A DNA stretch of 64,000 bases from a bacterium (GTDB lineage: Bacteria > Hinthialibacterota > Hinthialibacteria > Hinthialibacterales > Hinthialibacteraceae): assembly GCA_963663405.2 (NCBI GenBank), contig CAXXSM010000132.1, forward strand, positions 96,001 to 160,000, written 5' to 3'. How positions within the stretch are numbered: the first letter of the stretch is position 1; each line of letters opens with the position of its first letter. Made by a program: the position numbers and the translations under genes. Under the pieces are notes generated by a model. The model saw only the letters and a list, made by a program, of their open reading frames with translations. It was not told the DNA's origin and made no database searches. This document shows positions 20,648-31,137 of this stretch, in pieces.

Positions 20648-21585
20648 TTAAAATAGATCCCAACATTTCACCGGGGAAATTTCTCCTCCCAGTGGGAGAT
20701 CGTCCGTAAAGCGTAATTCTTCGAAAAATGGGGGTTGGTTCGCGAGAACGCCGTTCCAGGAATGATTGCTGAAGACTCCCTTGTCCCAATCCGCCCAACT
20801 GATGTTGATTCCAATGGGATGCGTGGATACGAATTCATTGAACGTGCCGAATGGAATCCGGATTTCCATCGTGTAGCCCATATTGTCCGAATCGAGCTGG
20901 GTCGCGGTTTCCACCGTCGAGAGCAGTTCGTATTCGAGATCCCCTCCATCGTTGTATTCCGCGCTCGTTCCAAAGATTTCTTTATATTGGTAGCTGAATG
21001 TATTCATTGTCAAACCATAATCTTCTTCAGGGAGATCGGGAAAGTCACGCCGCTGCAAAGCGTCATCAATCAAAACATCAAATTGCAAGTCGTTGGGAGT
21101 GTCGCCAAGCACATCCGGTAACCGGTCGTTATCGTTATCCAGCCAGAACTCAATTCCATCGCTGGTCCAGCCTGTGGAATTGCCCGTAAAAAAGCCATCC
21201 GCGTCGACGGTATTCGCGCTGGCGTGTTCGAATCCGATTTCGCTGTCGCGGGCGATGTTAAGAACGTAGAAAGCGTCATCGTCCCATGCGATGTAGGTCG
21301 TGGCGCTTAAATCCTCCGGCCCCCCATCCCACGAATTCTCGCCGTTCCAATAGGTGGTATCGGTATCCAGAACAAAGTGATCTCCCGTAGTAAGCGTTCC
21401 ATTCGCGCTTAAAATAGCGGGTGTTGTAAAATCAGGAATCGGCCAATCTTCCGCATTCCCATCAATCGTATATGGAAATGGAAGCGTCGAATTTCCGGCA
21501 GTCGACAAACTGATCTTGTGAGAAAACCCGCTGTACTCATTGCCAAGACGAAAAGAATTGTGAAAAGACGGAACACATTATTCAT
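20648..21585 (-). CDS. Secreted CBM9/DOMON-like sugar-binding protein; one frameshift near 21520
   Basis: IDGNAEDW, IAWDDDAFYV, DGIEFWLD, GYTMEIRIPF; the signal peptide MNNVFRLFTILFVLAMSTAG lies in another frame. Confidence 0.7.
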
Positions 21586-21682
21586 TTGCAAACCCTCTCT
21601 TTCAATATTTTAAAAACAAAATATTTCTTTCGATCTGGTTTAACTATCGTATATGTCAATGTTGTGATAACTTGTGTAACGC

Positions 21683-22674
21683 CTAAGCAAACTGTTTCAA
21701 CGCCTTTTCTTGATATTTGCTTTCACGGTCGAATAAGAATGTTTGTTTCCCCGCGACCGCTTCGAAACTCTGGCCGTTCAGTGTCCGGAGCCATTTGCTC
21801 AGCGCGTAAAACCGGAGCGCGGCCAATCCTTCCCAGAAATTCAGGTCCTCGATAGAAGTGTCCGTTAATCGGACGTACCGTGCGATAAACCGATTCGCGA
21901 GAGATCGGTCTTGTTTCCACTGCAGAGATAACGAAGTTTGCGCGGCGTCCAGCCGGGGATCGCCGATTGCCGCATGTTCCCAGTTTAACACCGTCCGTAC
22001 TTTTCCATTAGACAATAATAGATTATCCAATTCAAAACTTCCATGTAAAAAGGACAGGAGCAATGGGTTTTTGGTTTTTCAATTGCCTGTAACATCCCTG
22101 GAAACAGGTTTTCAATTCATCCGAACCGAGTGGCATCACTCTCGACCAGATTTTCTTTACTATCATCTCCGGTTCAATTTTGGGAATCAAGGGATGCCGG
22201 GCGGGAATGGATTGGTGCAGCTGCGCCAAACAATCCGCCAGAGAATCGACCGTCACTTCTTGAATCGACGACAGGCTGTCTTCTCATATTCCCACCATCG
22301 CTGTCCGTCACCCGCGTCCAGAGATCATGTAGGGATGGCCGAATGGCTGTTGAGAAGGGCTGAAACTGTAAGGGAAAGGAACTGGACAGCCGTTTTGGTA
22401 CGCATGACGCGTCGCCGCGTACTCTTTCGAGGTTTTCAATTCCTCTGTTCCTTTCCAAATCGAGAACATGCCATAATGCAACCGCAGGATCAGCTGAAGT
22501 TCCGTATCCGGTGAGATGAGGGTGAAATCGTATTCTTGATGCGGTGAAATCCGGTTCAAACGCGGCGAGACAGATCCCACCCCGCAAGGCTGGTTCTGTT
22601 GGGAAGACTTTCTTGCACGTCATTAAAATCGCGTGCTCAAGCCAATCGTATGTTTTTTTGCTTTCAACGTTCAC
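21683..22674 (-). CDS. Phosphotransferase (APH/choline-kinase-like), split into several frames
   Basis: Fragments LILRLHY, CPVPFPY, LAQLHQ, FLHGSFELDNLL, VLNWEHAAIGDPRLDAA. Confidence 0.7.
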
Positions 22675-22715
22675 GTGTTATTAGGTAGCTTAGGTTGAAG
22701 GTTGAAGACTGAAGG
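22675..22715 (-). repeat. Inverted copy of the heptad-built repeat (left boundary of four-helix-bundle unit)
   Basis: Reverse complement ccttcagtcttcaaccttcaacctaagctacctaataacac matches 23513-23553 at 25 of the first 26 nt. Confidence 0.9.
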
Positions 22716-22819
22716 TTTTTTCCTTCGGCCTTTGGCCTTCGGATTTTTTTCTGCTTCGCTATTTCATGTTTATTCTAAATGGTGTAAAGACTTACTGTTT
22801 TTAATTTTAACCAACTGAT

Positions 22820-22900
22820 TGTCAGAATCTGGATGCCCAGGATGAAAGGATGGGCAGGATAAGGTCTTGAATATCTTTGTTGTCAATCCAGATTCTGGCA
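22820..22900. repeat. Small inverted-repeat element with ~9-nt GGAT periodicity
   Basis: tgtcagaatctggat ... atccagattctggca (14/15 IR); ggat at 22831, 22840, 22848, 22857. Confidence 0.7.
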
Positions 22901-23037
22901 GATATCAGCTTCGCTTCGCTCTGTTTTGAGGGCGCCTCTACGTTTATCAGTTAGCGGAATATCCTACATACTTCCGCCTATTTCTTTAATCATGAGTATA
23001 CTAAATTCTTCTACCTTCAAGCGAATTCTCTAAATTA

Positions 23038-23397
23038 CTATCTTTCAACTCGTAGAGATCGGATTAATCCATTCAACACTTTTTCTGCTTCTTGAATTTT
23101 TGGTTCTATTAAAGATAAGTCGTGGTTGTTAATAAATCCTAAACGGTTTGATAAGTCAAACTGATAATGAAGTTCCCTTAACGATCCAAAGGCAATATAG
23201 AGAAAACGAAGGTAATCTGTTTGGCTGTCACGGGCGCAACCTTCTACAATGTTTGAAGGAATCGAGACAGCTGCCCTTCTCATTTGAGAAGTCAATCCAT
23301 ACAATTCTTCTTTCGGAAATCCAGCCGTCACACGATAAACCAGCATTGCTAATTCGTCCGCCAATTCAAAGGCTCTAAGTTTAGTATGATCGCGCAT
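23038..23397 (-). CDS. Four-helix-bundle protein (23S rRNA intervening-sequence protein / Avd-like family)
   Basis: FPKEELYGLTSQMRRAAVSIPSNIVEGCAR...FLYIAFGSLRE is the family signature. Confidence 0.95.
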   Translation of the reverse strand: MRDHTKLRAFELADELAMLVYRVTAGFPKEELYGLTSQMRRAAVSIPSNIVEGCARDSQTDYLRFLYIAFGSLRELHYQFDLSNRLGFINNHDLSLIEPKIQEAEKVLNGLIRSLRVER

Positions 23398-23430
23398 AAC
23401 AGATATTAAAAAAACTAATCTTGTGCTTTA

Positions 23431-23553
23431 CCTTCAGGTCTTCAGCCTTCGACCTAAACCCCTAAAAAGCTTTACCTTCAGCCTTCAAACCTAATCCCCT
23501 AAAAAAGTTTTTCCTTCAGTCTTCAGCCTTCAACCTAATCCCCTAAATAATAC
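23431..23553 (+). repeat. Three tandem ~40-bp repeats, consensus ccttcagtcttcagccttcaacctaatcccctaaa
   Basis: Units begin at 23431, 23475 and 23513, joined by short A/T-rich linkers; internal 7-nt (g/a)(c/t)cttca periodicity. Confidence 0.92.
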
Positions 23554-23565
23554 CTCAAAAATTGT

Positions 23566-24477
23566 TTACAAGAAAAAATTTAATGCGCCTGGAATTAATT
23601 CAATTTCATATGGTGGTTTTCCCAGGATCTCACCATCTATTACTACATGAGGAATATCTTGAAGGTCTATGTTAACGCGCTTGACTTTTTGATGCCGGAT
23701 TTTCGGGATGTTTTAAATGGGCTTGGGATGGCAGAGTGATAAATAATTTCAGCAATTCCATTGCGGAGATCTCTTCCGCGTACAATAATTCGAAGTATCC
23801 GTCATCCACAACAGATTGTGGCGAGATGCGCATTTCCCGGCCTGTGTACTGTGAGTTGCAAACTACAAGCAGAGGGGAATGGATTGTGACCGGGTTACCA
23901 TCGTCAATTCCTAATTGAACGGTATATTGCTTCAACCCGGAAGCAGGGATAAAAATCCCGCGTGATATCCGTATTGACCAAGAAACCGGAATCGGGAATG
24001 ACGCAACCGCGCCGCTTCCGCGAGTGTCCCGAATCCAACTATATTTAAAAAAAAGATTGTCGCAGGGGCGCCATCGTTCATATAATGTAGTTTTCCCACA
24101 TCCACAGCCCGTGTTGAACCTGCTAGAATCCGCTCACAGGCGTCTTTCACAGTCAGTATATTAAAATCACGCAGAAACGCGTTTCCGGTGCCCAGTGGAA
24201 GCATTCCAACTTGTGTTTTATCCGCGTGTCCGCTGCGCATCACTCCATTGATTGTTTCCAACGCGGTTCCGTCTCCCCCGGCGCAGGTAATCCGTCTCAA
24301 ACCGGTTTCAATCATCTGTTCCGCCAAGCGTGACGCATGTCCTGGATATTCCGTCTCGTGAATCTCAACGGAATGACCTGCCTTTTGGAGATATTCGATC
24401 GCCGCATGAAGCCGCTTTATCGTCTTGCCCCGCGCAGCGTTAGGATTGAATATGATATGGAAGACGTTTGTGTCCAT
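23566..24477 (-). CDS. Diacylglycerol/lipid kinase family (YegS/DagK-like), frameshifted
   Basis: FNPNAARG, CAGGDGT, LPLGTGNAF, DDGYFEL and C-terminal IDGEILGKPP..IPGALNFFL* across three frames. Confidence 0.85.
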
Positions 24478-24584
24478 CACGAAAATCGATTGACTTTCCG
24501 GCTTTGTTCTGGGCTTGTGATTTCCCTCTCGAAGTTCACAATACATTAGCGGAAATTTAACTTTATCAATAGGGTAAAAAATTA

Positions 24585-25478
24585 ATGGCTGTATCAATCC
24601 CCTGGTGGGGGCGTTTGGCCCTGCAGAGAACGGCCGCGTCTCTTCCTTGGACAATCTGGCTCTGGAAACGCTACCTGCGCGCCAAACATCTTTCATCAAT
24701 CAATGAAGAGACCATTCTCTCCGCTCTCCAGCAAATTGAAATGGCGCGGGCGCATGGTCTCTCCCTAGAGGGTCAATCGGTTTTGGAGATCGGTTCGGGT
24801 TGGAAACCTCTTATTCCATTGATTTTACGTATGGCCGGCGCGAACCGCGTCATCATGAGTGATATCAACCAGACGATGGACCGCGTGATGTTGATGAAAG
24901 CCCTGGAACAAGTCCGCCTTAAAGCCGAAGCCTCGAAAGAGAGTCTTGCAGACCTGGGACTTTCACTGGATCGTCTTATGTTAGATGAAACGCTAAGTTT
25001 TCAGGATACGTTACAGGCGCTTCATTTAGAATACCGGATAGGACCGCTCGAATCGGAACCTATAGATGCGATCGTTTCGCATAATGTATTAGAACACATC
25101 CCCGAAATCGAGTTGCCGGATATCCTGCGCCGATGCGCGAAAATTCTAAAGCCTGGGGGATGGATGATCCATTGCATCGACCATTCCGACCATTTACAAC
25201 ATACATGTCCTTCAATCAGCCCAATGTGTTTTTTGCGCTTTGAAGAAACCACATGGAACCGGTGGTCTAAAGGTCCGTTTCATCAAAACCGCCTCCGCTG
25301 GTTTGAGTATAAAAATCTATTCGAAACCGCTGGATTTCAGATTCTTACATGGGAGAAAGAATGCTACCCAAGCACGATTGAAGAAGCCATAACCATCCCT
25401 CTTTGTAAACGGTACAAAAATACAAAACCAGAAGATCTCGCCGTGTTGAAAAGCCGGGTGGCGCTGAGGAAAATTTGA
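24585..25478 (+). CDS. Class I SAM-dependent methyltransferase
   Basis: VLEIGSGW, SHNVLEHIP, LKPGG, IDHSDH. Confidence 0.88.
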   Translation: MAVSIPWWGRLALQRTAASLPWTIWLWKRYLRAKHLSSINEETILSALQQIEMARAHGLSLEGQSVLEIGSGWKPLIPLILRMAGANRVIMSDINQTMDRVMLMKALEQVRLKAEASKESLADLGLSLDRLMLDETLSFQDTLQALHLEYRIGPLESEPIDAIVSHNVLEHIPEIELPDILRRCAKILKPGGWMIHCIDHSDHLQHTCPSISPMCFLRFEETTWNRWSKGPFHQNRLRWFEYKNLFETAGFQILTWEKECYPSTIEEAITIPLCKRYKNTKPEDLAVLKSRVALRKI

Positions 25479-25625
25479 TGAAACAGAAAAAGGGATATTT
25501 ATGCTCTTAACTACGTCAAATCATTGATATGAGTTCTTCCTTTTTTATTTGAAAATAGGCCTATTGCTCCTACCGTATCCAATCTATCAGTAATTTAGCA
25601 CTTTATCATAATTCAAAGTATTTGC

Positions 25626-25654
25626 TTGACATTTGTTGTCAAATATGACATCAT
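25626..25654 (+). promoter_or_regulatory. Sigma70-like promoter with overlapping TGTCA/TGACA inverted repeats (TA operator)
   Basis: TTGACA at 25626, 17 nt, CATCAT; ttgaca-tttgt-tgtcaa and tgtca-aata-tgaca. Confidence 0.6.
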
Positions 25655-25660
25655 TCTATT

Positions 25661-26008
25661 ATGAACATAAATACAAGACCAATTTCATGGCTTAAGGGAG
25701 CGCGTAAGGTATTCGATAAGTTCCCGAAAAATGCTCGTGAATATTTTTTTAGAGCGCTTGATTTGGCTGCCGAAGGTAAAAAATCCGATATCGCCAAACC
25801 TATGAAAGGTATCGGTTCAGGAGTTTTCGAAATTGCTCTCCGTTATCAAACGGATGCCTTCCGTGTAGTTTATGCGGTACAAATTGGTGAAGATCTTTGG
25901 GTGATCCATGCGTTTCAGAAAAAATCAACAGAAGGAATAAAAACACCAAAAAACGAAATCGATGTTATACAAGACCGGCTCAAACGATTAAAGGAAATTT
26001 TAAAATGA
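25661..26008 (+). CDS. RelE/HigB-like toxin (Gp49/DUF891 type)
   Basis: AKPMKGIGSGVFEIAL..DAFRVVYAV..WVIHAFQKKS. Confidence 0.9.
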   Translation: MNINTRPISWLKGARKVFDKFPKNAREYFFRALDLAAEGKKSDIAKPMKGIGSGVFEIALRYQTDAFRVVYAVQIGEDLWVIHAFQKKSTEGIKTPKNEIDVIQDRLKRLKEILK

Positions 26009-26331
26009 ATGATGATATGGAACTAATACGTGGAAGTGGAAATGTCTGGCGCGATTTTAACTATCCAGACGCGGACATCAGACAAGCCAAAAGCATCATC
26101 GCGGCCCGGATTATCGGAATACTGGATGAAAAAAAACTCACAACCCGAAAAGCCGAAAAGGAAACTGGTTATGCCGCTGCAGATTTTTCTCGTATTCGGA
26201 ATGCTGATTTCGGCCGTTTTACACTGGATCGTCTTATCCGTATACTGCATTCACTCGATCAAAAGTTAGAAGTCACTGTGACGATTCAATCACAACCTTC
26301 AAAAGAACATATTCTTGCTATCCCCAATTGA
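26005..26331 (+). CDS. XRE/HTH antitoxin (HigA-like)
   Basis: GSGNVWRDF..DAD..FSRIRNADFGRFTLDRL; ATGA overlap with toxin stop. Confidence 0.9.
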   Translation: MNDDMELIRGSGNVWRDFNYPDADIRQAKSIIAARIIGILDEKKLTTRKAEKETGYAAADFSRIRNADFGRFTLDRLIRILHSLDQKLEVTVTIQSQPSKEHILAIPN

Positions 26332-26508
26332 CAATAGGAAAACGGCTTAAAAGAATCACTCCGTATATAATCCCACCATCACAGTTTTATAGTAATTCTC
26401 CCAATTCCCTACTTTTTCAATGGTTTTCTAACATTTATATCCTAGACTAGTAAAATCAATTCATGATAAGATATCCTCACTGAAATATCCCAATAATGAG
26501 GTTCAAAA

Positions 26509-27117
26509 ATGGTAAACAGAAAACGCTTTCACCTTGATCGAACTGTTGATCGTCGTCGCTATCATTGGGATTCTCGCGGCGATCGCCGTTCCGAACTTCA
26601 TGAACGCCCAAATCCGCGGCTAAAGTCGCCCGCTCCCAGGCGGATATGAAAAACCTGGGAACCGCGATCGAATCCTTTCGCCTTGATCAAGGTGTGATGT
26701 TGGTCGATTTTTGGGATGAAGGCTCTCTGATCGAACGTGTGCAGAACATGGGGATTGTGTTCGCCTGATAATGTGGACGACGCCGTGCGTAATCAACGCC
26801 TGCATCTTCGCTAATCTGACCAGCCCTGTTTCGTATATTACGTCAATTCCAAACGATCCCTTTTTTGGAAGTATCAACCAACACCAGCGACCGACTTGTG
26901 ATCGCTCTGGATGGCACATATTTTTACGGAGATAATGAACCCTCTATAGAAGGTAACGATAACAATTTCCAAGCGCTCTGGCCGGAAAACGCTGAAACCT
27001 ATGGTTTGACGCCTCTTAGGGAAAACCATTGGGCGCTGTTGGGGATGGGTCCCGACGGCCACAGTCGAGGAACTTGGCGACCGGTTGCGGGGAATCCCCT
27101 ACGACGCCACCAATGAC
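26509..27117 (+). pseudogene. Third prepilin-type gene, multiply frameshifted (3' end approximate; may be an assembly artefact)
   Basis: gctttcaccttgatcgaactgttgatcgtc encodes AFTLIELLIVVAIIGILAAIAVPNF out of frame with ATG 26509; later LTSPVSYI..PNDPF and GMGPDG match the paralogs. Confidence 0.75.
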
Positions 27118-27457
27118 CTTCACAGCCCTGGAGAAATTTCTCACCGGGGATAATTGAATCGCTTTATTTGTTGTTCTTCCAATCTTCTCATTAATCATTT
27201 ATTCGTACGCTATTTAAAAAATGTTTCAGGGAATACTTTGATTCTTTGAATTCAGCGTCCGTTCTTCTTCGCTCCCGTTGAAACACGCCTGGCAATAACC
27301 TATAATTTCCTCGCTTCAAAAAGTCTAAAAGCCGGGATTATTGAATTTATCTCACAAAGGGGATCTTCTAGGCTTGCTCCATGCGCTTTTTGAAAGTGGC
27401 CGTAATAAGAATGAATTTATTGTAGAATCAATCATACTATCCAGGAGGACAAAGATT

Positions 27458-28854
27458 ATGGCAGGTAACTATGCATATCCCGATTATTTGGTGAAGGCGC
27501 AAACCCAACCCGCAGGAGAACCGCGCGGCGTGGTTTTTAAACACGGCGCCCTTCGTACGCGGGGATTTTTCTATGGATCGCGTTTTATGATCAGATGGCG
27601 AGTGGGACGCTCTCCGTTGGTGGAATTGGGGCGGCGGTTATAGGATTAATCGCAGGGGCGTTGATCGCGTTCTTTCTTTTTTACATGGGCGCCCGCCATG
27701 TGGGAATGAAAACCGGGTATCCGCTCTACATCGTTGGCACATCGACCTTTGGCGATAAGGGCGGGTATTTCCTGCCGGGGCTCTTCATGGGCGCTCTGCA
27801 AGTCGGCTGGTATAGCGTGGGCACGTATTTCGCGACGAAATTCGTCCTCAATTTCATTATGGGGCCCGCTAACGCGCCAGATCCGGCTGTCGGGGGATTT
27901 AGTATCGTCTTTACGATCACAGGAATTATCTGGGGATATTTATTCGCATACGTAGGAGTGAAAGGGATTGATTATGTGGCGAAAATATCCACCTATCTTC
28001 CCATCGTTCCTTTCCTTATGCTATTGTACGCTGTGATCGCGGGATCGGGCGGTCTTTCTTCCTTCGATGTCAAAACCATCACATCCGTGGATCCAAATTC
28101 TGTTTCGGCGCGCTTATGATGGTTCAAGTGGTAATTGGATTCTTCGCCACGGCGGGCGCTGCGGGCGCTGATTTTGGCACAAACAGTCGAAATAAAAATG
28201 ATGTCTTCATGGGGGGTCTTGTAGGTGTCGCTGTATCGATTTTCATTTGTGGTTTACTTCCGATGCTCGCGATCGCCGGAATTATGGGCTCCAACCCGGA
28301 ACTCGCCAACGCGGAAGAGGGCGCGTGGACATTCTCCCAGGCTATCGGGACACTCGCTGGCGGCCAATTCATGTTCCTCCTCTTCGCGATCGCTTCCATG
28401 TCACCGGCGTGTTTCTGTTCGTTCATCATCGGTAACAGTTTTTCGACCATGATTCCAAGTATTTCGCGTATGGCATGGACAATGGGCGGCGCGACAATTG
28501 GTATCATCTTGGCGATTACTGGCGTCGCGGGAAACTTGCTTTCTTCTTCACAGTGATCGGCGCTTGCTTCGGTCCTGTTTGTGGCGCGATGGCGGCGGAT
28601 TACATTCTTTGTGGTGGCAAATGGCCCGGGACCCGCGTAAAGGGATCAACTTGGCTGGCTATATTTCAGTCGCGATCGGTTTCATTGTGGGAATTCTTCC
28701 GAACCTTGATTGGTATCTTCCAAATCTTGGATTAGCTTCAGTCGTTCCCCTCGGCGTCTATTCCTTCATCGTCGGCTTCGTGCTGTATATCATCCTGGCC
28801 AAAGCCGGTATGGAACCCGAAGCTCTTCCCATGCCAAACGAAGAACAGGCTTAA
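27458..28854 (+). CDS. NCS1 / cytosine-purine permease family transporter, split by several frameshifts
   Basis: SD aggagg then ATG 27458; hydrophobic fragments with GMKTGYPL..STFG, ADFG..SR, GPVCGAMAADY. Confidence 0.8.
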
Positions 28855-28932
28855 TAGGGGGACTCGGTTGAAAACTGAAGGGAAAAAGGCGTAAGTATTT
28901 GTATACGTCTTACTATAATAATGAATAATCGT

Positions 28933-28969
28933 GAGGGGGCGCTCTGTTGAATCGCCCCCTCTCTTTTTT
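28933..28969 (+). terminator. Intrinsic terminator after the permease
   Basis: gagggggcg ... cgccccctc followed by tctttttt. Confidence 0.7.
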
Positions 28970-29039
28970 CATTCCCCGTATAAATTTTTTTTCTTCTCAC
29001 CTTAAGTTCCCCCAACCGCAGAGTACAATTTTATATCTA

Positions 29040-29690
29040 ATGAATACGCCACGAATCAAAGGACTCTTCATAACCGGAACCGATACGGAAATTGGGAAGA
29101 CATTCATCACCTCACTGTTAACGATCGGTCTGCGAAGCCGGAAAGTAAACGTCTGTCCGGTCAAGCCAATCGGCGCGGGTGGCGTTCTGATCGATGATAA
29201 AATCGTTTCGGAAGACGCGCTCATCTATCAGCGATTGACGCATGTGGATGAACCGGTGTCCAAACTTAATCCCCTCTGTTTGAAGCGCCCCGCGTCCCCC
29301 CATTACGCGGCGGAATTGGAAAGCCGGCCGATTTCAATCCACAAGACGATCACCGCGGTTGAGGAACTCGGTCATAAATACGAGTATGTAATCGTAGAGG
29401 GAATCGGTGGATGGCTGGTTCCTATCCGGTACGATTACAGTGTGGCGGATTTCGCGAAAGATCTTGATCTTCCTGTCGTTATCGTTTCCGCCAACCGGCT
29501 GGGCACATTAAACCATACGCTCTTGACGATTGAATCGATCCGCGTCCATGGACTGGAACCGGCGGGTGTTATTGTGACGAATCCATCCCAGGGCGCCGAA
29601 ACCGATCTGCGGGAAAATAACATCACGACAATGGAGTGGATCGGTAATGTTAAAATTCTTGGCAATGTGCCATATATACAAAAGATATAA
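29040..29690 (+). CDS. bioD: Dethiobiotin synthase
   Basis: FITGTDTEIGKT, ASPHYAA, VEGIGGW, LGTLNHTLLT. Confidence 0.95.
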   Translation: MNTPRIKGLFITGTDTEIGKTFITSLLTIGLRSRKVNVCPVKPIGAGGVLIDDKIVSEDALIYQRLTHVDEPVSKLNPLCLKRPASPHYAAELESRPISIHKTITAVEELGHKYEYVIVEGIGGWLVPIRYDYSVADFAKDLDLPVVIVSANRLGTLNHTLLTIESIRVHGLEPAGVIVTNPSQGAETDLRENNITTMEWIGNVKILGNVPYIQKI

Positions 29691-29742
29691 TCGAAAACGC
29701 AGATACAAGTGTTCTCTGGGAACAAACGAAGGACACAATTCA

Positions 29743-31137
29743 ATGGGAAGCGATCGAGAAAATCCTCCATACTCAATAGAAGATATCCAACGGCTGCGGA
29801 AGTGGGATCATCAATACGTCTGGCATCCATTCACACAGATGCAGGATTACGTCAAACAGGAACCGCTGATTATCGCCCGCGCTGAAGGCGCGTATCTCTA
29901 TGATATAAAGGGGAAGCGGTATTTCGATGGCAACTCTCACTGTGGGTTAATCTGCATGGACACCTGCGACCGGAAATAACCAAGGCGATCAAGAACCAAG
30001 CGGACCGGATCGCGCATTCAACCCTGCTGGGATCAGCAAATGTTCCTTCCATCGAATTCGCCAAGAGATTAATCGATTGCGCTCCCGTAGGATTGGAAAA
30101 AGTCTTTTACTCTGACAACGGTTCAACGGCAGTCGAGGCCGCTTTAAAAATCGCGTTTCAATATTGGCGTCAATCCAAACCACCCCGTGAAAAACGGATC
30201 ACCTACATCAGTTTCCAGGAAGCCTACCACGGCGACACAGTCGGCAGTGTCAGCGTGGGCGGTATGGATCTTTTTCACGGTATTTTCGGCCCCCTTTTGT
30301 TCAGCCATCATAGTGTTCCCTATCCGGTTTACTCCAAATATACATCGCAAGAAACAACCCGGCGCGATCGCGGACCGTTCCTTGGACGCCTGCGAACAGG
30401 TGATGAAAGAACATGGAGAAGAAATCGCCGCAGTGTTGGTTGAACCGCTGATCCAAGGCGCGGCGGGATTGCGTACCCAGGCCCCCGGTTTCTTGAAAGG
30501 GCTGCGGGAATTGTGTGACCGGTATGAGATCTTCTTGATCGTGGACGAAGTCTTCACTGGATTCGGCCGGACGGGAACCATGTTTGCTTGTGAGAGGGAA
30601 GGTGTTTCCCCGGATTTAATGGCGTTAGCGAAAGGAATCACGGGCGGGTACCTTCCATTAGCCGCGACTCTTGCCACACAAAGAATTTTTAATGGTTTTC
30701 TCGGCGTCCATTCTGAATACCGCACATTCTTCCATGGTCATAGCTACACAGGCAATCAACTGGGCTGCGCGCGCGGCAGGGGGTGGCCATTGCTTTTGGA
30801 TCTCTTTGCATCAGATAATACATTGGAACGCATGAAACCAGTCATCGCTCATCTTGAGAAACGGCTCGATAACCTGTTTGATCAATGCGATTGTGTGGGC
30901 GATATTCATCAATGCGGTCTGACGGCTGGAATCGATTTAATCCGCAGCAGGTCGAAAGGCGAACAATATCCAATGGATCAAACTGTAGGGGCCGATGTCT
31001 GTTTCGCGCTGCGGGAGTATGGGATCTGGCTGCGGCCGCTGGGCAATACGTTGGTCTTAGTCCCTCCATTGATCACAACCATTGAAGAAATTGATTTTCT
31101 GATCGATTCCATTGAAGATTGCTTGCAGAAACTGTAA
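29743..31137 (+). CDS. bioA: Adenosylmethionine-8-amino-7-oxononanoate aminotransferase, frameshifted
   Basis: VWHPFTQM, FYSDNGSTAVE, AYHGDTVG, DEVFTGFGRTG, LAKGITGGYLPL, FFHGHSYTGN; downstream of bioD. Confidence 0.9.

Noticed and set aside
23038-23397. Diversity-generating retroelement (Avd-like gene)
   Set aside because: No reverse transcriptase and no TR/VR pair differing at adenines was seen in the window.
23431-23553. Possible mini CRISPR array
   Set aside because: The units abut through short similar linkers with no unique spacers, and no cas genes are present.
22675-23553. rRNA intervening sequence or classical IS
   Set aside because: The flanks are protein-coding rather than 23S rRNA; there is no transposase and no clear target-site duplication.
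28980-29040. BirA operator upstream of bioD
   Set aside because: No TGTAAACC-N14/16-GGTTTACA-like palindrome is visible.
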